The notes: generated by a model not told the origin, from the sequence alone. Positions 10,583 to 21,135 are shown, counted from the first letter of the stretch. The stretch is DNA of 64,000 nucleotides from Methanomicrobia archaeon (GCA_016930255.1 JAFGHB010000005.1:6942-70941), one strand, 5' to 3'. Translations and numbers: made by a program.

Positions 10583-10608
10583 TGTTCACCTCCTTTTCTC
10601 TTCGCTAC

Positions 10609-12075
10609 TTATTCGCCGCCGAAGAAGTGCCGCATCATTGGGTACATCTCCATCATCTGCTCTGATGCCACCGACTCATACAGGTTGTACGCAATGCTCA
10701 CCGCCAGGAGCAGCCCCGTACCTGATGCCTGACCAAGTGTGCCGAACATATTTGCAATGACGGCTAACACGCCCAGGAGAGCGCCGCCCATGATCGCTAT
10801 TTTCGGTATATAGCCTTCCATCATGCGCTCTATGTTTGCAGGGTTCCTGCGATGTCCCGGGACTTGGAGCCCTGACCGGTAGATCTGCGCCGCCACGTCC
10901 TTCGGACCCATGCCCGTCGTGTTTATCCAGAACAGAGCGAAGATCATGCCGCCGATGATCATGAACGCAAGATCAACACCCAGTCGCAGCGCTATTTGCC
11001 AGCTTGCAACGTTCGGATACGCTGCATGCACGAGTGTCGGGAACCAGTCCCACGGACTGTAAATGGGATCGAGATAGTACATCAACCCGGAAACCGCACT
11101 GTTACCTTCGTACGTGCCGAAGAGGGTAATGCCACGCGAATAAAACATCCTGCCAAAACCCTGTATACTCGCCTGTAACGCTCGTACAAGAATCATTGGC
11201 AGCACACTCGCGTATAAAAGCTTGATAGGAAACCTGCCGCGAGCACCGCGTGCCATTGAATGTGCCAGTGGGATTTCCAAACGTGTACTCTCGAGGTAAA
11301 CAACGATGAAAAAGACCGCGATGGTGGAGAAAAGCGCGATTAAGTTATGCTGGAACAGGAACGAGATTCCCCCACTCACGATGTTATAGCCAAGATCTCC
11401 TTGCCGTGCTAGTTCTATCCAGCGCGGGATGACACCCACCGCCCAACCGGTTTCGTCCGGCACCCAGTTTATCAGACCGGTGATTACCTGCTGCGAGACG
11501 CCAGCGAGAATGAACAATGACACGCCTGAACCGATCCCCCATTTCGAGACCACCTCATCCATGAAGTAGATGAGCATTCCGCCGATGAATATCTGGATGA
11601 AGAGCAAGAATCGGATGGTTCCGAGTGAGACCCCCATTAAGTTCGCTATGTCCTCGCTGGGCACATAAAAGCCAACCACGTACGTCATGCTAATGAGCGC
11701 GGTAAAAGCCAGGACGAGCATTTTCTGCAGGTTCTGATAAAACGCCTGGTCGCGGGCGTCGCTCAGATTCAAGTTGATAATACCCGCACCGACCAGCAGC
11801 TGTAAGACGATAGAGGCATCGACGATTGGCATGATCCCCAGCGCGGTGAGCGAGAACCGTTCGCCTGCGAAGATCGCCCGCCACCGACCGAAGAGGTCCA
11901 GAGATTCTGGCGATAATCCGAAAAGCGGCACGTTGCCAAGTGCGAAAAAGAGTATGAGTATACCAACAGTCCACCCCAGCTTCGATTTGAAATGAACGTG
12001 CCAACTGGGGCGTTCTACCATAGGGAATTTGCTTAAAGCAGCCGTTAACGCATCTTTAAAGTTTATCTCGGTCAT
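10609..12075 (-). CDS. secY: preprotein translocase subunit SecY
   Basis: LGIMPIV.ASIVLQLL, SKWGIGSGVSLFI, FPIKLLYAS..P, GTGLLLAVSI. Confidence 0.97.
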   Translation of the reverse strand: MTEINFKDALTAALSKFPMVERPSWHVHFKSKLGWTVGILILFFALGNVPLFGLSPESLDLFGRWRAIFAGERFSLTALGIMPIVDASIVLQLLVGAGIINLNLSDARDQAFYQNLQKMLVLAFTALISMTYVVGFYVPSEDIANLMGVSLGTIRFLLFIQIFIGGMLIYFMDEVVSKWGIGSGVSLFILAGVSQQVITGLINWVPDETGWAVGVIPRWIELARQGDLGYNIVSGGISFLFQHNLIALFSTIAVFFIVVYLESTRLEIPLAHSMARGARGRFPIKLLYASVLPMILVRALQASIQGFGRMFYSRGITLFGTYEGNSAVSGLMYYLDPIYSPWDWFPTLVHAAYPNVASWQIALRLGVDLAFMIIGGMIFALFWINTTGMGPKDVAAQIYRSGLQVPGHRRNPANIERMMEGYIPKIAIMGGALLGVLAVIANMFGTLGQASGTGLLLAVSIAYNLYESVASEQMMEMYPMMRHFFGGE

Positions 12076-12090
12076 CTATACAAGTAACAC

Positions 12091-12531
12091 TTATATCCCG
12101 CTTTCTGCCTCTAAATCTACACTACCGCCCACTCGTTCTATCTTCTCCTGCGCCGTTTTTGATATCTTCTCCGCCTTGAGTATTAGCTTCCTCGTTACGT
12201 TTCCCTTCCCCAGGATCTTCTGTACGCCGAGTTCCTGGACATCGAGATAAATGCCATCATCTTTTTCTTCCGCTTTCCCAGCCTTGAGCAGTTCTCCCAT
12301 CATCTCCTCTAACTCGCCCACGTTTATCGTCGTATCGTCACTGCTGTCATACTGATACGGCTTAGAGGCGTTATGTCCCTTGATTATCCCCCGTTTCAAA
12401 GACCATACCACGTGATGCGAGTACGCGCCAGCATGACCGGAGCCACCTTTGCTCCCTTTTCCTCTTCTCTTTTTGGCTGAGCCACCGCCACAGGTTCGTG
12501 TTCCTCTTATCCTCTTTATCCTCTTCTTCAT
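12091..12531 (-). CDS. rpl15: 50S ribosomal protein uL15
   Basis: RGTRTCGGGS.KKRRG.G..GG.G, KILGKG, A.EKIE..GG; directly upstream of secY. Confidence 0.93.
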   Translation of the reverse strand: MKKRIKRIRGTRTCGGGSAKKRRGKGSKGGSGHAGAYSHHVVWSLKRGIIKGHNASKPYQYDSSDDTTINVGELEEMMGELLKAGKAEEKDDGIYLDVQELGVQKILGKGNVTRKLILKAEKISKTAQEKIERVGGSVDLEAESGI

Positions 12532-12671
12532 CTCCGCAGACTCTCACCTCTGTCCTACCAAGAGTTTTAAAGTGTCACTTATATAGCTTTAGTTTTTTAT
12601 ACCTATTAGCACAACTAATAGTATAGCTTACTCTGTATTTAACAAATTAGAGGATTGGGGGAATAAGTGAG

Positions 12672-13223
12672 ATGGTAAAAGTAGATATAAAGATAGAAAA
12701 TGTAGTAGCGAACGCGAGGATTGCTGAGAGCCTCGATCTAGAATATATTGAATCGCAGTTAGAAGATGCAATGTTCACGAAAAAGAAGTTCCCAGGTCTG
12801 GTGTACAGGACAAAAGATCCGAAATCCGCTTTCCTTATCTTTCGCTCCGGGAAAGTGGTGTGCACGGGGTCTAAGACTGAAGCAGGCGTTCGGAAGGTAA
12901 TAGACATGCTTGCTTCCGCACTCAGAGGCATAGGAATAAAAGTAGAAGAGCATCCGGTGTTTAAAGTGCAGAATATCGTCGCCTCTGCTAATCTTGGCAA
13001 GGAACTCAATCTCGGCGCCATCGTGGTCGGGTTAGAGCTGGAGGGCATGGAGTACGAGCCCGAAGTTTTCCCCGGATTGGTGTATAGAATCACTGACCCC
13101 AAAAGTGCCATATTGATCTTCAGCTCCGGACGGTTAGTTATCACCGGCGGAAAGACCTTGGGAGATTGTGAAAAGTCCGTAGAAGTATTACTCAATAAAT
13201 TGACCGAGTTGGAATTGCTTTAA
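12672..13223 (+). CDS. tbp: TATA-box binding protein
   Basis: two repeats: IENVVA/VQNIVAS, FPGLVYR, LIF.SGK/R.V.TG. Confidence 0.97.
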   Translation: MVKVDIKIENVVANARIAESLDLEYIESQLEDAMFTKKKFPGLVYRTKDPKSAFLIFRSGKVVCTGSKTEAGVRKVIDMLASALRGIGIKVEEHPVFKVQNIVASANLGKELNLGAIVVGLELEGMEYEPEVFPGLVYRITDPKSAILIFSSGRLVITGGKTLGDCEKSVEVLLNKLTELELL

Positions 13224-13340
13224 ACGCAGAGGTACGGTCAGCAATCTCGGCTCCTTTTTTCCTGCACCTATACTACAAAAAAGGAATGGAAAAGGAGATA
13301 GAACAGAGCGGGTCGAGTGAGGTACGTACGAAGGCTCACA

Positions 13341-13958
13341 CTAAATGAGTGCTTCCTTTAGAGTCTCCAGGTTGAACTGGGTATTTGCGCAGCCGTTCTT
13401 TGTCAGGGGGATACCGCGAACCGCCAGGCCTTCCGATTCCGCAACATTGAGCCCGAATTTTATCTCTTCCGGGCATGCGATTCCAGAAACCGCATCACAG
13501 TGCATGCATTCCAGGATCTTCCTCATACACGAGCCGCCAGGCAGAATGAAGACTTTATATCCCCGTGATTCGCCAAATTCCGCTGCTTGATGCGCTAAAC
13601 AATCAGAAGAGCAGTGGTTGCAGGAATACGAGGACAAATCAGGATTAAAGTCCGCTTTGCACTGCCAATCCATATATTTCCGGCAGCAATGCGGCACCAG
13701 CAGGATCTTGCTGTCCGCGTTTTTGAAATCCTCCTCGTGTATCAGATTCTTTATTTGGAGATCCACCAGGTCCTCAACAATAGAGATCGCATCTTCCAAC
13801 TGGATGCCGAGGAGCTTATCCACCTTGAACTTCCGCACGCTGGTTTTGGAGAACGAGCCCAGCTTCTTGTGCAATTGCCGTTTATCCACCACCTTCGCAA
13901 TATCTTTGAAAAAGCCTCGCGGGAGTTTCGACAAATCGTAGTTGAACGGGTACGCCAT
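13341..13958 (-). CDS. DUF116 family protein
   Basis: LLVPHC, C..C..C, ILPGGS, GIAC, GC..T motifs. Confidence 0.85.
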   Translation of the reverse strand: MAYPFNYDLSKLPRGFFKDIAKVVDKRQLHKKLGSFSKTSVRKFKVDKLLGIQLEDAISIVEDLVDLQIKNLIHEEDFKNADSKILLVPHCCRKYMDWQCKADFNPDLSSYSCNHCSSDCLAHQAAEFGESRGYKVFILPGGSCMRKILECMHCDAVSGIACPEEIKFGLNVAESEGLAVRGIPLTKNGCANTQFNLETLKEALI

Positions 13959-14046
13959 AATCTAATGTTCACGTTGAGGTAATTAAAGATTAGCTATTAT
14001 GTGGGTCTCTAAATGCCAGCAGGGATAGGCAGGCGAAACTATTTTG

Positions 14047-15090
14047 TCACCAATCGTTCTTCACAGGTATTGCAGCACCGCATGCCGGGCAGCTGTTCGC
14101 TGCCGTAAGGTGGGAATCAACCACATCAAATCCGTATCGCTCGATTACCAGTTCACCGCAATGCAAGCAGTACGTGTTCTCATAAGGATGCCCCGGAACA
14201 TTGCCGAGGTAGACATAGTTCAGACCCTCGGATCGTCCTAGTGCCCGTGCACGCTCCAACAATTCGACCGGTGTCCGCCCGTCATAAAGACCACCTTCAC
14301 GCGCCTTGTACGCTGGATGGTATTGCGTGACATGCCAGGGTATGTCTTTCCCGGCGTCGTCTCGGATTCGCGATGCGATGCTTCTCAAACAGTCCGCATC
14401 ATCATTCACGCCGGGTATAACGAGTGTGGTGATCTCAATATGTACGCCCTTTCGCTTCGCAGCCCGTATATTCCGCCAGACGACTTCCACATCGGCGCCA
14501 CAGTAGCGCCTCACCGCGTCCTTACAGCCCTTCACATCCACATTCATCGCATCCAGCCCGTGCTCTACGAGCAAATTCAGTGCATCGGAGCTCATATAGC
14601 CGTTCGTTACGTAGGTATTATAATAGCCCTCCTTTTTAGCCAGCGCAAACACGTCAAGCGCGTATTCGAGGAGCAGTGTGGGTTCGTTAAAGGAAATCGA
14701 AGTACCCTGACAGCTCATCTCCTTCACGAGTTGTACTAATCGCTCTGGTGAGATGTACTCGCAGCTCGCAGGTGTTGGTACGGATCTGCTAATCGTCCAG
14801 TTCTGGCACCACGGGCAGGAGAAATTACAGCCGTAACTGCCGACCGTTAGTGCTTTGCTGCCCGGGAAGAAATGGAAGAACGGTTTCTTCTCTATTGGAT
14901 TCGCACTGATCGACGAGATATCGCCGTATCCCAGCGTATACAGTTTTCCCTCGATGTTCTTCCGTGTTTTGCAGAATCCTAACCTGCCCACCGCGATCTC
15001 GCAGAACCGCTCACAGGTTGTGCATCTTACACGTTTGCCTTTGCGCTGCTCGTATAACAGAGCTTCTTTTATGCAACTCGTGGTTTTCAT
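14047..15090 (-). CDS. amrS: AmmeMemoRadiSam system radical SAM enzyme
   Basis: PIEKKPFFHF.PG, GCNFSCPWCQNW.IS, NEPT, Y.GNVPG. Confidence 0.9.
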   Translation of the reverse strand: MKTTSCIKEALLYEQRKGKRVRCTTCERFCEIAVGRLGFCKTRKNIEGKLYTLGYGDISSISANPIEKKPFFHFFPGSKALTVGSYGCNFSCPWCQNWTISRSVPTPASCEYISPERLVQLVKEMSCQGTSISFNEPTLLLEYALDVFALAKKEGYYNTYVTNGYMSSDALNLLVEHGLDAMNVDVKGCKDAVRRYCGADVEVVWRNIRAAKRKGVHIEITTLVIPGVNDDADCLRSIASRIRDDAGKDIPWHVTQYHPAYKAREGGLYDGRTPVELLERARALGRSEGLNYVYLGNVPGHPYENTYCLHCGELVIERYGFDVVDSHLTAANSCPACGAAIPVKNDW

Positions 15091-15191
15091 CCCATCCTTC
15101 GACGCTCTTTGCTACAAGCTTTTTTAAGCCCGCGCACTGTATACAAAATAGATCATAAAGGAACCTAAATATAAGGAGAAGTGCCATAAAC

Positions 15192-15995
15192 ATGACGAAA
15201 CGAATCGTTCCGTGTCTGGATACAACGTTTGATGAGCAGGGTAACGCGGTTGTGGTGAAAGGGATAGAATTCGAGAACCTCAAATACGCCGGTGATCCCG
15301 TTGCACTCGCCGAGAGATACGATGCGCAGGGCGCCGATGAGCTGGTCTTCCTCGACATCTCTGCGTCCTTCGAGGGTAGAGAGACGATGATTGCAATGGT
15401 TGAGCAGATAGCCGCGCATGTATCCATTCCACTGGCGGTTGGCGGCGGGATAAAGAGCATCGAGGACTTCGAGAAGGTCTTCAATGCCGGCGCGGATAAG
15501 GTGGGCGTGAACACCGCTGCCGTTAAGAACCCCGAGTTGATAAAAGAAGCTACCGAACGGTTTGGCAAACGTGTCGTGGTTGCCATTGACTGCAAGCGGA
15601 GATTTGAGGACGCAGAGGGCAAGACGCCAGTGCAACTGGGGGACGGCACGGAAGCGTGGTACGACGTCGTCATTTATGGCGGTCGCGAGTACGTAGGGCT
15701 TGACGCGATCGCATGGGCGAAGCAGGTGCAGGAGCTTGGCGCGGCTGAGATCCTCCTGACGTCGAAGGATAACGATGGGAGAACGGACGGCTACGACGTC
15801 CCGATTACCAAAGCGATTGCTGAGGCTGTGGATATTCCCGTGATTGCATCCGGCGGTGCCGGGAACATAGAGCACATGTACGAGGCGTTTGTCAATGGCG
15901 CGGACGCGTGCCTCGCCGCGAGCATCTTCCATTACGAGACGTACACGATCAACGAGATAAAGGAGTATTTGCGGGAGAAGGGGATTGACGTGTAA
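15192..15995 (+). CDS. hisF: imidazole glycerol phosphate synthase cyclase subunit
   Basis: [38 protein letters not shown]. Confidence 0.97.
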   Translation: MTKRIVPCLDTTFDEQGNAVVVKGIEFENLKYAGDPVALAERYDAQGADELVFLDISASFEGRETMIAMVEQIAAHVSIPLAVGGGIKSIEDFEKVFNAGADKVGVNTAAVKNPELIKEATERFGKRVVVAIDCKRRFEDAEGKTPVQLGDGTEAWYDVVIYGGREYVGLDAIAWAKQVQELGAAEILLTSKDNDGRTDGYDVPITKAIAEAVDIPVIASGGAGNIEHMYEAFVNGADACLAASIFHYETYTINEIKEYLREKGIDV

Positions 15996-16093
15996 CTCTA
16001 AGGGTAGACAACGCTTTTACAATTATTCCTAAAACGAGAATTAGAGCTAAGAATGGAACAGCATGAGGAAAGAGCCCCTCTTTTCAACCTGTT

Positions 16094-17680
16094 TTAATCA
16101 GACCACAACATAATCGCGGGGATCCAATTGTCGTACGTGCGACCATTAGCATCCGTGAACTCAGTGCAGTTGATCCAGCCGTTTGCGGTCTGTAATGTTC
16201 GATTATGGTGAATCTGCGGATACGAGCCTGTGCGGATGGTGTAGTTGTAAGTTTCATCTTTGTAGAGTATAAACGATTCGTTGAACTTCAAATTGTGCCA
16301 GTCTTCCACATAGCCGTTCCATGTTGCTGTTACGTTCCAACCGGTGCTATTCCATAACTTTACGTATTCAGAATGCCCACCGGTCCCAAGGCAGGAATAG
16401 GTGTACATTTTCGAGACGTTAAGGTCATAGAAGGGCGTGATGGTGCCGTTGTGGGTGCCGGGGATGCTGGGGTAAGTCCCAAAGCGAGTGTCGAAGATTG
16501 AGGGCTTTACCAGCGGTAAATAATCTTTATTCTTGCCTACACGAATGTCGTAAGGTGTATCACCAAGACCATCGCCATCCTCATCTGCTCCTGCGTAATC
16601 ACTCCAATAATTCCCGCCCAGCCATGAACCACCGATGATGTTCGTTCCCGCGGTTTGTGTTATATTCCAGCTGTTTTTGCCACTATCCCACGCGTTGTGC
16701 GTATTGCTTAAATAATTGTTGTAGATTGTGTTACTATTTGAACCATAATACAAATAGATGCCGTACTCATTGCTAGCCATAATGTTGTTATAAAGTGAAT
16801 TATTATTCGAATGATCGTATACATAAACGCCGTATTTGTTGTCGCCTATAGTGTTATTATTTAGATAGTTGCTATTTGAATATAGATAAACATAGATGCC
16901 ACTATTACTGTTAAAATTAGCAATATTGTTAACTATTGTATTGTTATTTGAGCAATAATACAAATAGATCCCATAACTGTTATTCATGATGTGGTTGTTA
17001 ATAAGAATATTATGATCAGAATACCAGGATAAGTGGATACCTCTGTCATTATTTTTCACAATGTTACTGGATATTATGGTATTGTTTATCTGGAAATACA
17101 GGAATATTCCAATTCCATTATTCAAAACAGAATTGTTAATAAGCCAGTTATTGTTGCTAGACCTTACTAAATCTATCCCACGACCGCTGTTATTCAAGAC
17201 CTCGTTGTTTGAAATGATACAATGATCTGCACCATTTAGATGTATCCCCGCTTTGTCTATTATTCTTACACCTTTCACCGTGAAGCCCGTTATGTTTACA
17301 TAATCTGCGGTTACATTAAAGACGTAATCATTTGGATCTGTCGCGTTCACGATACAGTTCGCAGAGCCGTTCTCTGATTTTATGGTCAAGTTAGCGACGT
17401 TCACGTCCACGTTCTCGTTGTACACCCCATCCCTTACGATAATCATATCACCCGAAGAAGCATTATCGACCGCTTCTTGTATTGTTTCGTAATCGTCAGG
17501 CACGTAAACGGTCTTTGTAGAAAATCGATTCGCAGTATTATTTGTTGAGGAATCGTCTGCACCACTTGAAAAAACCGTACCGCAGACCGCCATTGCCACA
17601 ACAACTGAAACTGCCGCTATCTTCAGAAGGATTTTAGCCTCATCCGTTTTTATCATCCTCTTGCATTTCAAACTACACAC
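16094..17680 (-). CDS. secreted parallel beta-helix (NosD/CASH) surface protein with C-terminal domain
   Basis: N-terminal hydrophobic segment, VPDDY.TIQ.AV, Asn-rich GIYL..S.NN repeats, GGNYWSDY.G.D...DG.GD.PY. Confidence 0.85.
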   Translation of the reverse strand: MCSLKCKRMIKTDEAKILLKIAAVSVVVAMAVCGTVFSSGADDSSTNNTANRFSTKTVYVPDDYETIQEAVDNASSGDMIIVRDGVYNENVDVNVANLTIKSENGSANCIVNATDPNDYVFNVTADYVNITGFTVKGVRIIDKAGIHLNGADHCIISNNEVLNNSGRGIDLVRSSNNNWLINNSVLNNGIGIFLYFQINNTIISSNIVKNNDRGIHLSWYSDHNILINNHIMNNSYGIYLYYCSNNNTIVNNIANFNSNSGIYVYLYSNSNYLNNNTIGDNKYGVYVYDHSNNNSLYNNIMASNEYGIYLYYGSNSNTIYNNYLSNTHNAWDSGKNSWNITQTAGTNIIGGSWLGGNYWSDYAGADEDGDGLGDTPYDIRVGKNKDYLPLVKPSIFDTRFGTYPSIPGTHNGTITPFYDLNVSKMYTYSCLGTGGHSEYVKLWNSTGWNVTATWNGYVEDWHNLKFNESFILYKDETYNYTIRTGSYPQIHHNRTLQTANGWINCTEFTDANGRTYDNWIPAIMLWSD

Positions 17681-17837
17681 TTAACATTTGCGTTGACGCT
17701 TATAAATTTTCCGATTGGTTCTTGATACAACGCAATTTTTTTGGGAACTCGCGGTTTGTGCCGAATTTACCTTTAAATAGAACCATCCTATCAAAGCTAT
17801 ACACCTGAACGCCTGAACTAACAGGGAAATCAAAAAA

Positions 17838-19892
17838 GTGCACTACATCATCGCCGAGAAAGGGACAACTGCAAAAAGACTCGCCGCTATTCTATCAGAG
17901 GGCAAAGCAAAGAAGCGAAAGGTAGGCAGCGTAGACGCCTATGAGTTCGACGGCAAGGTAGTTGCAGGACTCAGCGGCCACGTGTTCCGGCTGGACTTCC
18001 CCTCGACGTACAACAATTGGAGCAAGATAAATCCTGAGAAGTTGATTGACGCCAAGATCGTGGCGATCTCGCTGAAAAAGACGATTGCGAACGCGCTGGA
18101 GCAGATCGCAAAAGATGCCGAGTCCGTAACCATTGCTACCGACTATGACCGTGAAGGCGAGTTGATCGGTGTGGAGGCGCTCAGAATTATTAAGAAGATC
18201 AATCCCGACGTGCACGTTGACCGGATGCGGTACAGTGCAATCACCGAGAAGGACATACAAGAAAGCTTCGCCGCACGCAGCGAGGTCGATTATAACCTGG
18301 CGGCATCGGCGGAAGCGCGAGGGGTCATCGACCTGATCTGGGGCGCCGCGCTGACTCGGTTCGTTTCGTTATCCGCGAATCGTTTGGGTGAGGAGTTCTT
18401 TTCGGTTGGCCGTGTGCAATCGCCCACCCTTGCGTTGCTGGTGGACAAGGAGAAGGAGATACGGAAGTTCGTACCCCGTCCATACTGGGAACTGCACGCG
18501 CAGGTAAAGAACGACAAAGGCGAGATCTTCGAGGTTAGCCACAAAACGCTGAAATTCTGGGATAAAGCAGAGGCGGAAACGATAAAATCGCGCATCGAGG
18601 CGGCCAAGGAAGGGGTCGTCACCTCGGTCAAGACGCGTACGCGAACCGAAAAGCCGCCGACGCCGTTTGACACCACGAACTTCATTCGGGCTGCATCTGC
18701 CATTGGATACACGCCAAAACGGGCAATGAACATCGCGGAGAGCTTGTATCTCCAAGGGCTCATATCATATCACCGTACTGACAACACCACGTATCCCGAG
18801 ACGCTTGATTTGAAGGCGTTAGTGGAGCTGTTCCTCGGTACTACGGACTTCGGCGAGTACGCACGCCTATTGTTAAAGAAGAAGCGATTGAAACCAACGA
18901 CCGGTAAAAAGAAGACTACTGACCATCCGCCCATACATCCCGTCTCGGCAGCGGCATCGCCGGGAACGATTGGCAAGCCCGAATGGAAGATCTATGAGCT
19001 GGTGGTACGGCGGTTTTTAGCTACGCTTTCCGATGCCGCGAAATGGGAAGATACGGACGTTAAGATCGAGTTCGGCGACGAGGTACTGAACGCGAAAGGT
19101 AAAGAATTAAAGGACGAGGGCTTCCTCGCTATCTATCCGTATCAGAAGAAAGAGGAGATCGTAATCCCGAAGTTAAAAGAAGGCGAGCACGTGCACCTCG
19201 AAGAGATCGAGCTTGTGGAGAAGGAGACAAAGCCGCCGAAACGGATCTCGCAAGCGGGCTTGATAAAGAAGATGGAGGAGTTGGGCCTGGGCACGAAGAG
19301 TACGCGGCACGAGATTGTGGGGAAATTGTACGAACGGTCGTACGTGCAGGATAACCCCGCTAAGCCAACGGAGAAGGCGATCGCGCTTATCGATTCATTA
19401 GAGAAATACGCGGAACTGATAACGAAGCCGGCGATGACAAAGACGCTGGAGCAGGAGATGGAGGATATAAAAGCGGGCAAACGAACGAAGAAGATCGTTG
19501 CGGACGATTCGCGGAACATGCTGCGTGAGGTGTTCCAGGAGATGACGGAGAATCGGGCGGAGATCGCGAAATCGCTACGAAATGCGATGAAGGGCGGCGC
19601 AATCGTAGGAGCCTGCCCCAAATGCGATTCAGACCTCTTCATGGCAACCTCACAACGTGGTAAGCGGTTTGTGGGCTGCAAGAACTATCCGTCCTGCGAT
19701 TTCTCGCTACCGTTACCCAAGAGCGGACGCGTGGTCGTAACCAATGAGACCTGCGATAAACATCCGTCCCTCTTCAAGCTGAAGATCATGAAGAAAGGCT
19801 CGAAACGGCCCTGGGATTTCGGCTGCCCGTATTGCAATTTTCTGCAGTGGAAGGCGAAGAGCGGTAACGGCGATGAAGATAAGACCTCCTGA
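17838..19892 (+). CDS. topA: DNA topoisomerase I (type IA)
   Basis: IAEK, ATDYDREGE.IG, GRVQSPTL, ISYHRTD active-site Tyr, GLGTKSTR, C-terminal Zn ribbons. Confidence 0.96.
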   Translation: MHYIIAEKGTTAKRLAAILSEGKAKKRKVGSVDAYEFDGKVVAGLSGHVFRLDFPSTYNNWSKINPEKLIDAKIVAISLKKTIANALEQIAKDAESVTIATDYDREGELIGVEALRIIKKINPDVHVDRMRYSAITEKDIQESFAARSEVDYNLAASAEARGVIDLIWGAALTRFVSLSANRLGEEFFSVGRVQSPTLALLVDKEKEIRKFVPRPYWELHAQVKNDKGEIFEVSHKTLKFWDKAEAETIKSRIEAAKEGVVTSVKTRTRTEKPPTPFDTTNFIRAASAIGYTPKRAMNIAESLYLQGLISYHRTDNTTYPETLDLKALVELFLGTTDFGEYARLLLKKKRLKPTTGKKKTTDHPPIHPVSAAASPGTIGKPEWKIYELVVRRFLATLSDAAKWEDTDVKIEFGDEVLNAKGKELKDEGFLAIYPYQKKEEIVIPKLKEGEHVHLEEIELVEKETKPPKRISQAGLIKKMEELGLGTKSTRHEIVGKLYERSYVQDNPAKPTEKAIALIDSLEKYAELITKPAMTKTLEQEMEDIKAGKRTKKIVADDSRNMLREVFQEMTENRAEIAKSLRNAMKGGAIVGACPKCDSDLFMATSQRGKRFVGCKNYPSCDFSLPLPKSGRVVVTNETCDKHPSLFKLKIMKKGSKRPWDFGCPYCNFLQWKAKSGNGDEDKTS

Positions 19893-20130
19893 GCTTCATC
19901 ACAAAATTAAGCAGCGTCCAAACAGTGAGTTGGGATCGCGCTGTTTCCATGGACTTGATGGCGTACGCTCAGCTCAGTTCACCAATCACGGTGAGCACCG
20001 TCCGGTGATGGTTTAACGAGCGTAGGAAAACTAAAATCCGACCGATCATAATCAAAAGGGAGAGTGATACCGACCTGTTCAAAAAGAGTGGTTTTTATAA
20101 GGGGGTTTTATAATAAGGATAAGAGCCGAA

Positions 20131-21135
20131 ATGAACAAGATGCTGTTCCAAGAGGAAGTGCAGTATTTCAATCGCAATTTATCGGAGGCGATCGAGCGGA
20201 AATTGCAGGGCTGTCACAATGAGCTGTTATGCGATGCACTGAGCTACATCAAGGATACCGGAGGGAAGCGACTGCGGCCGATTATTTGCTTCCTCTCTGC
20301 AGAGGCCGTGGGTGGCTCCCGTGAAGACGCGATCTCCACCGCGATAGCGATTGAACTCCTCCATAACGCTTCGCTGGTTCACGACGATATTATAGATAAC
20401 AACTATATACGGAGGAAGAATCCGTCCAATCCCGCGATGTACGGTGAGAAGAAAGCGATCGTCATCGGCGATCTCTTGTTCGGACTTTCGTGCGAGATGC
20501 TCGCCCAGTGTGGTGTGCCGGAAGTCGTGAGCTTGGTCTCGAGTGCCGTGGCTGATATCGCGATGGGCGAATATCTCGAGTTTGCCTTACGCTACCTGCT
20601 TGAAGCGACCGAGCACTCGTACATGGAAGTTGCGGAACTGAAAACCGCGGCCACCTTTCGTGCGAGCGCCGAAGCGGGTGCCGTGCTCGGCGGTGGATCC
20701 GAAAAAGAGATCGAGAACCTTCGCAACTACGGTAACAATTTAGGGATTGCCTTTCAAATTCAGGACGACATCTTAGACATCTGCGGCGAAACGGCGAAGA
20801 TAGGCAAACCGGTTGGATTGGACATCAAAAACGGTGAGCGCACGCTGCTTGTCATTCATGCATTGAACCACGCGGAATATCCCGAAAAGGATTATATCAA
20901 AGCGATTTTATTTGGGGATGGCGAGCCGGAAAGTTTTGACATTGATAAGGTGAGGACTATTTTGATAAAGTCCGGCTCGATCGATTACGCGCTTCGACTC
21001 TCCGCGGAGTTTGTAAGAACCGCGATCGATTGCATCGCAGGGCTCGAAGATTCGGAAGCGACGCAGAAACTGCAGTTCATTGCTGACTTCTCGCAGGAGC
21101 GAATAAATAATCACGTCCTGAAAACGCTTGGATAA
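20131..21135 (+). CDS. polyprenyl diphosphate synthase (likely medium/long chain)
   Basis: GGKRLRP, ASLVHDDIID (first Asp-rich motif), FQIQDDILD (second). Confidence 0.9.
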   Translation: MNKMLFQEEVQYFNRNLSEAIERKLQGCHNELLCDALSYIKDTGGKRLRPIICFLSAEAVGGSREDAISTAIAIELLHNASLVHDDIIDNNYIRRKNPSNPAMYGEKKAIVIGDLLFGLSCEMLAQCGVPEVVSLVSSAVADIAMGEYLEFALRYLLEATEHSYMEVAELKTAATFRASAEAGAVLGGGSEKEIENLRNYGNNLGIAFQIQDDILDICGETAKIGKPVGLDIKNGERTLLVIHALNHAEYPEKDYIKAILFGDGEPESFDIDKVRTILIKSGSIDYALRLSAEFVRTAIDCIAGLEDSEATQKLQFIADFSQERINNHVLKTLG

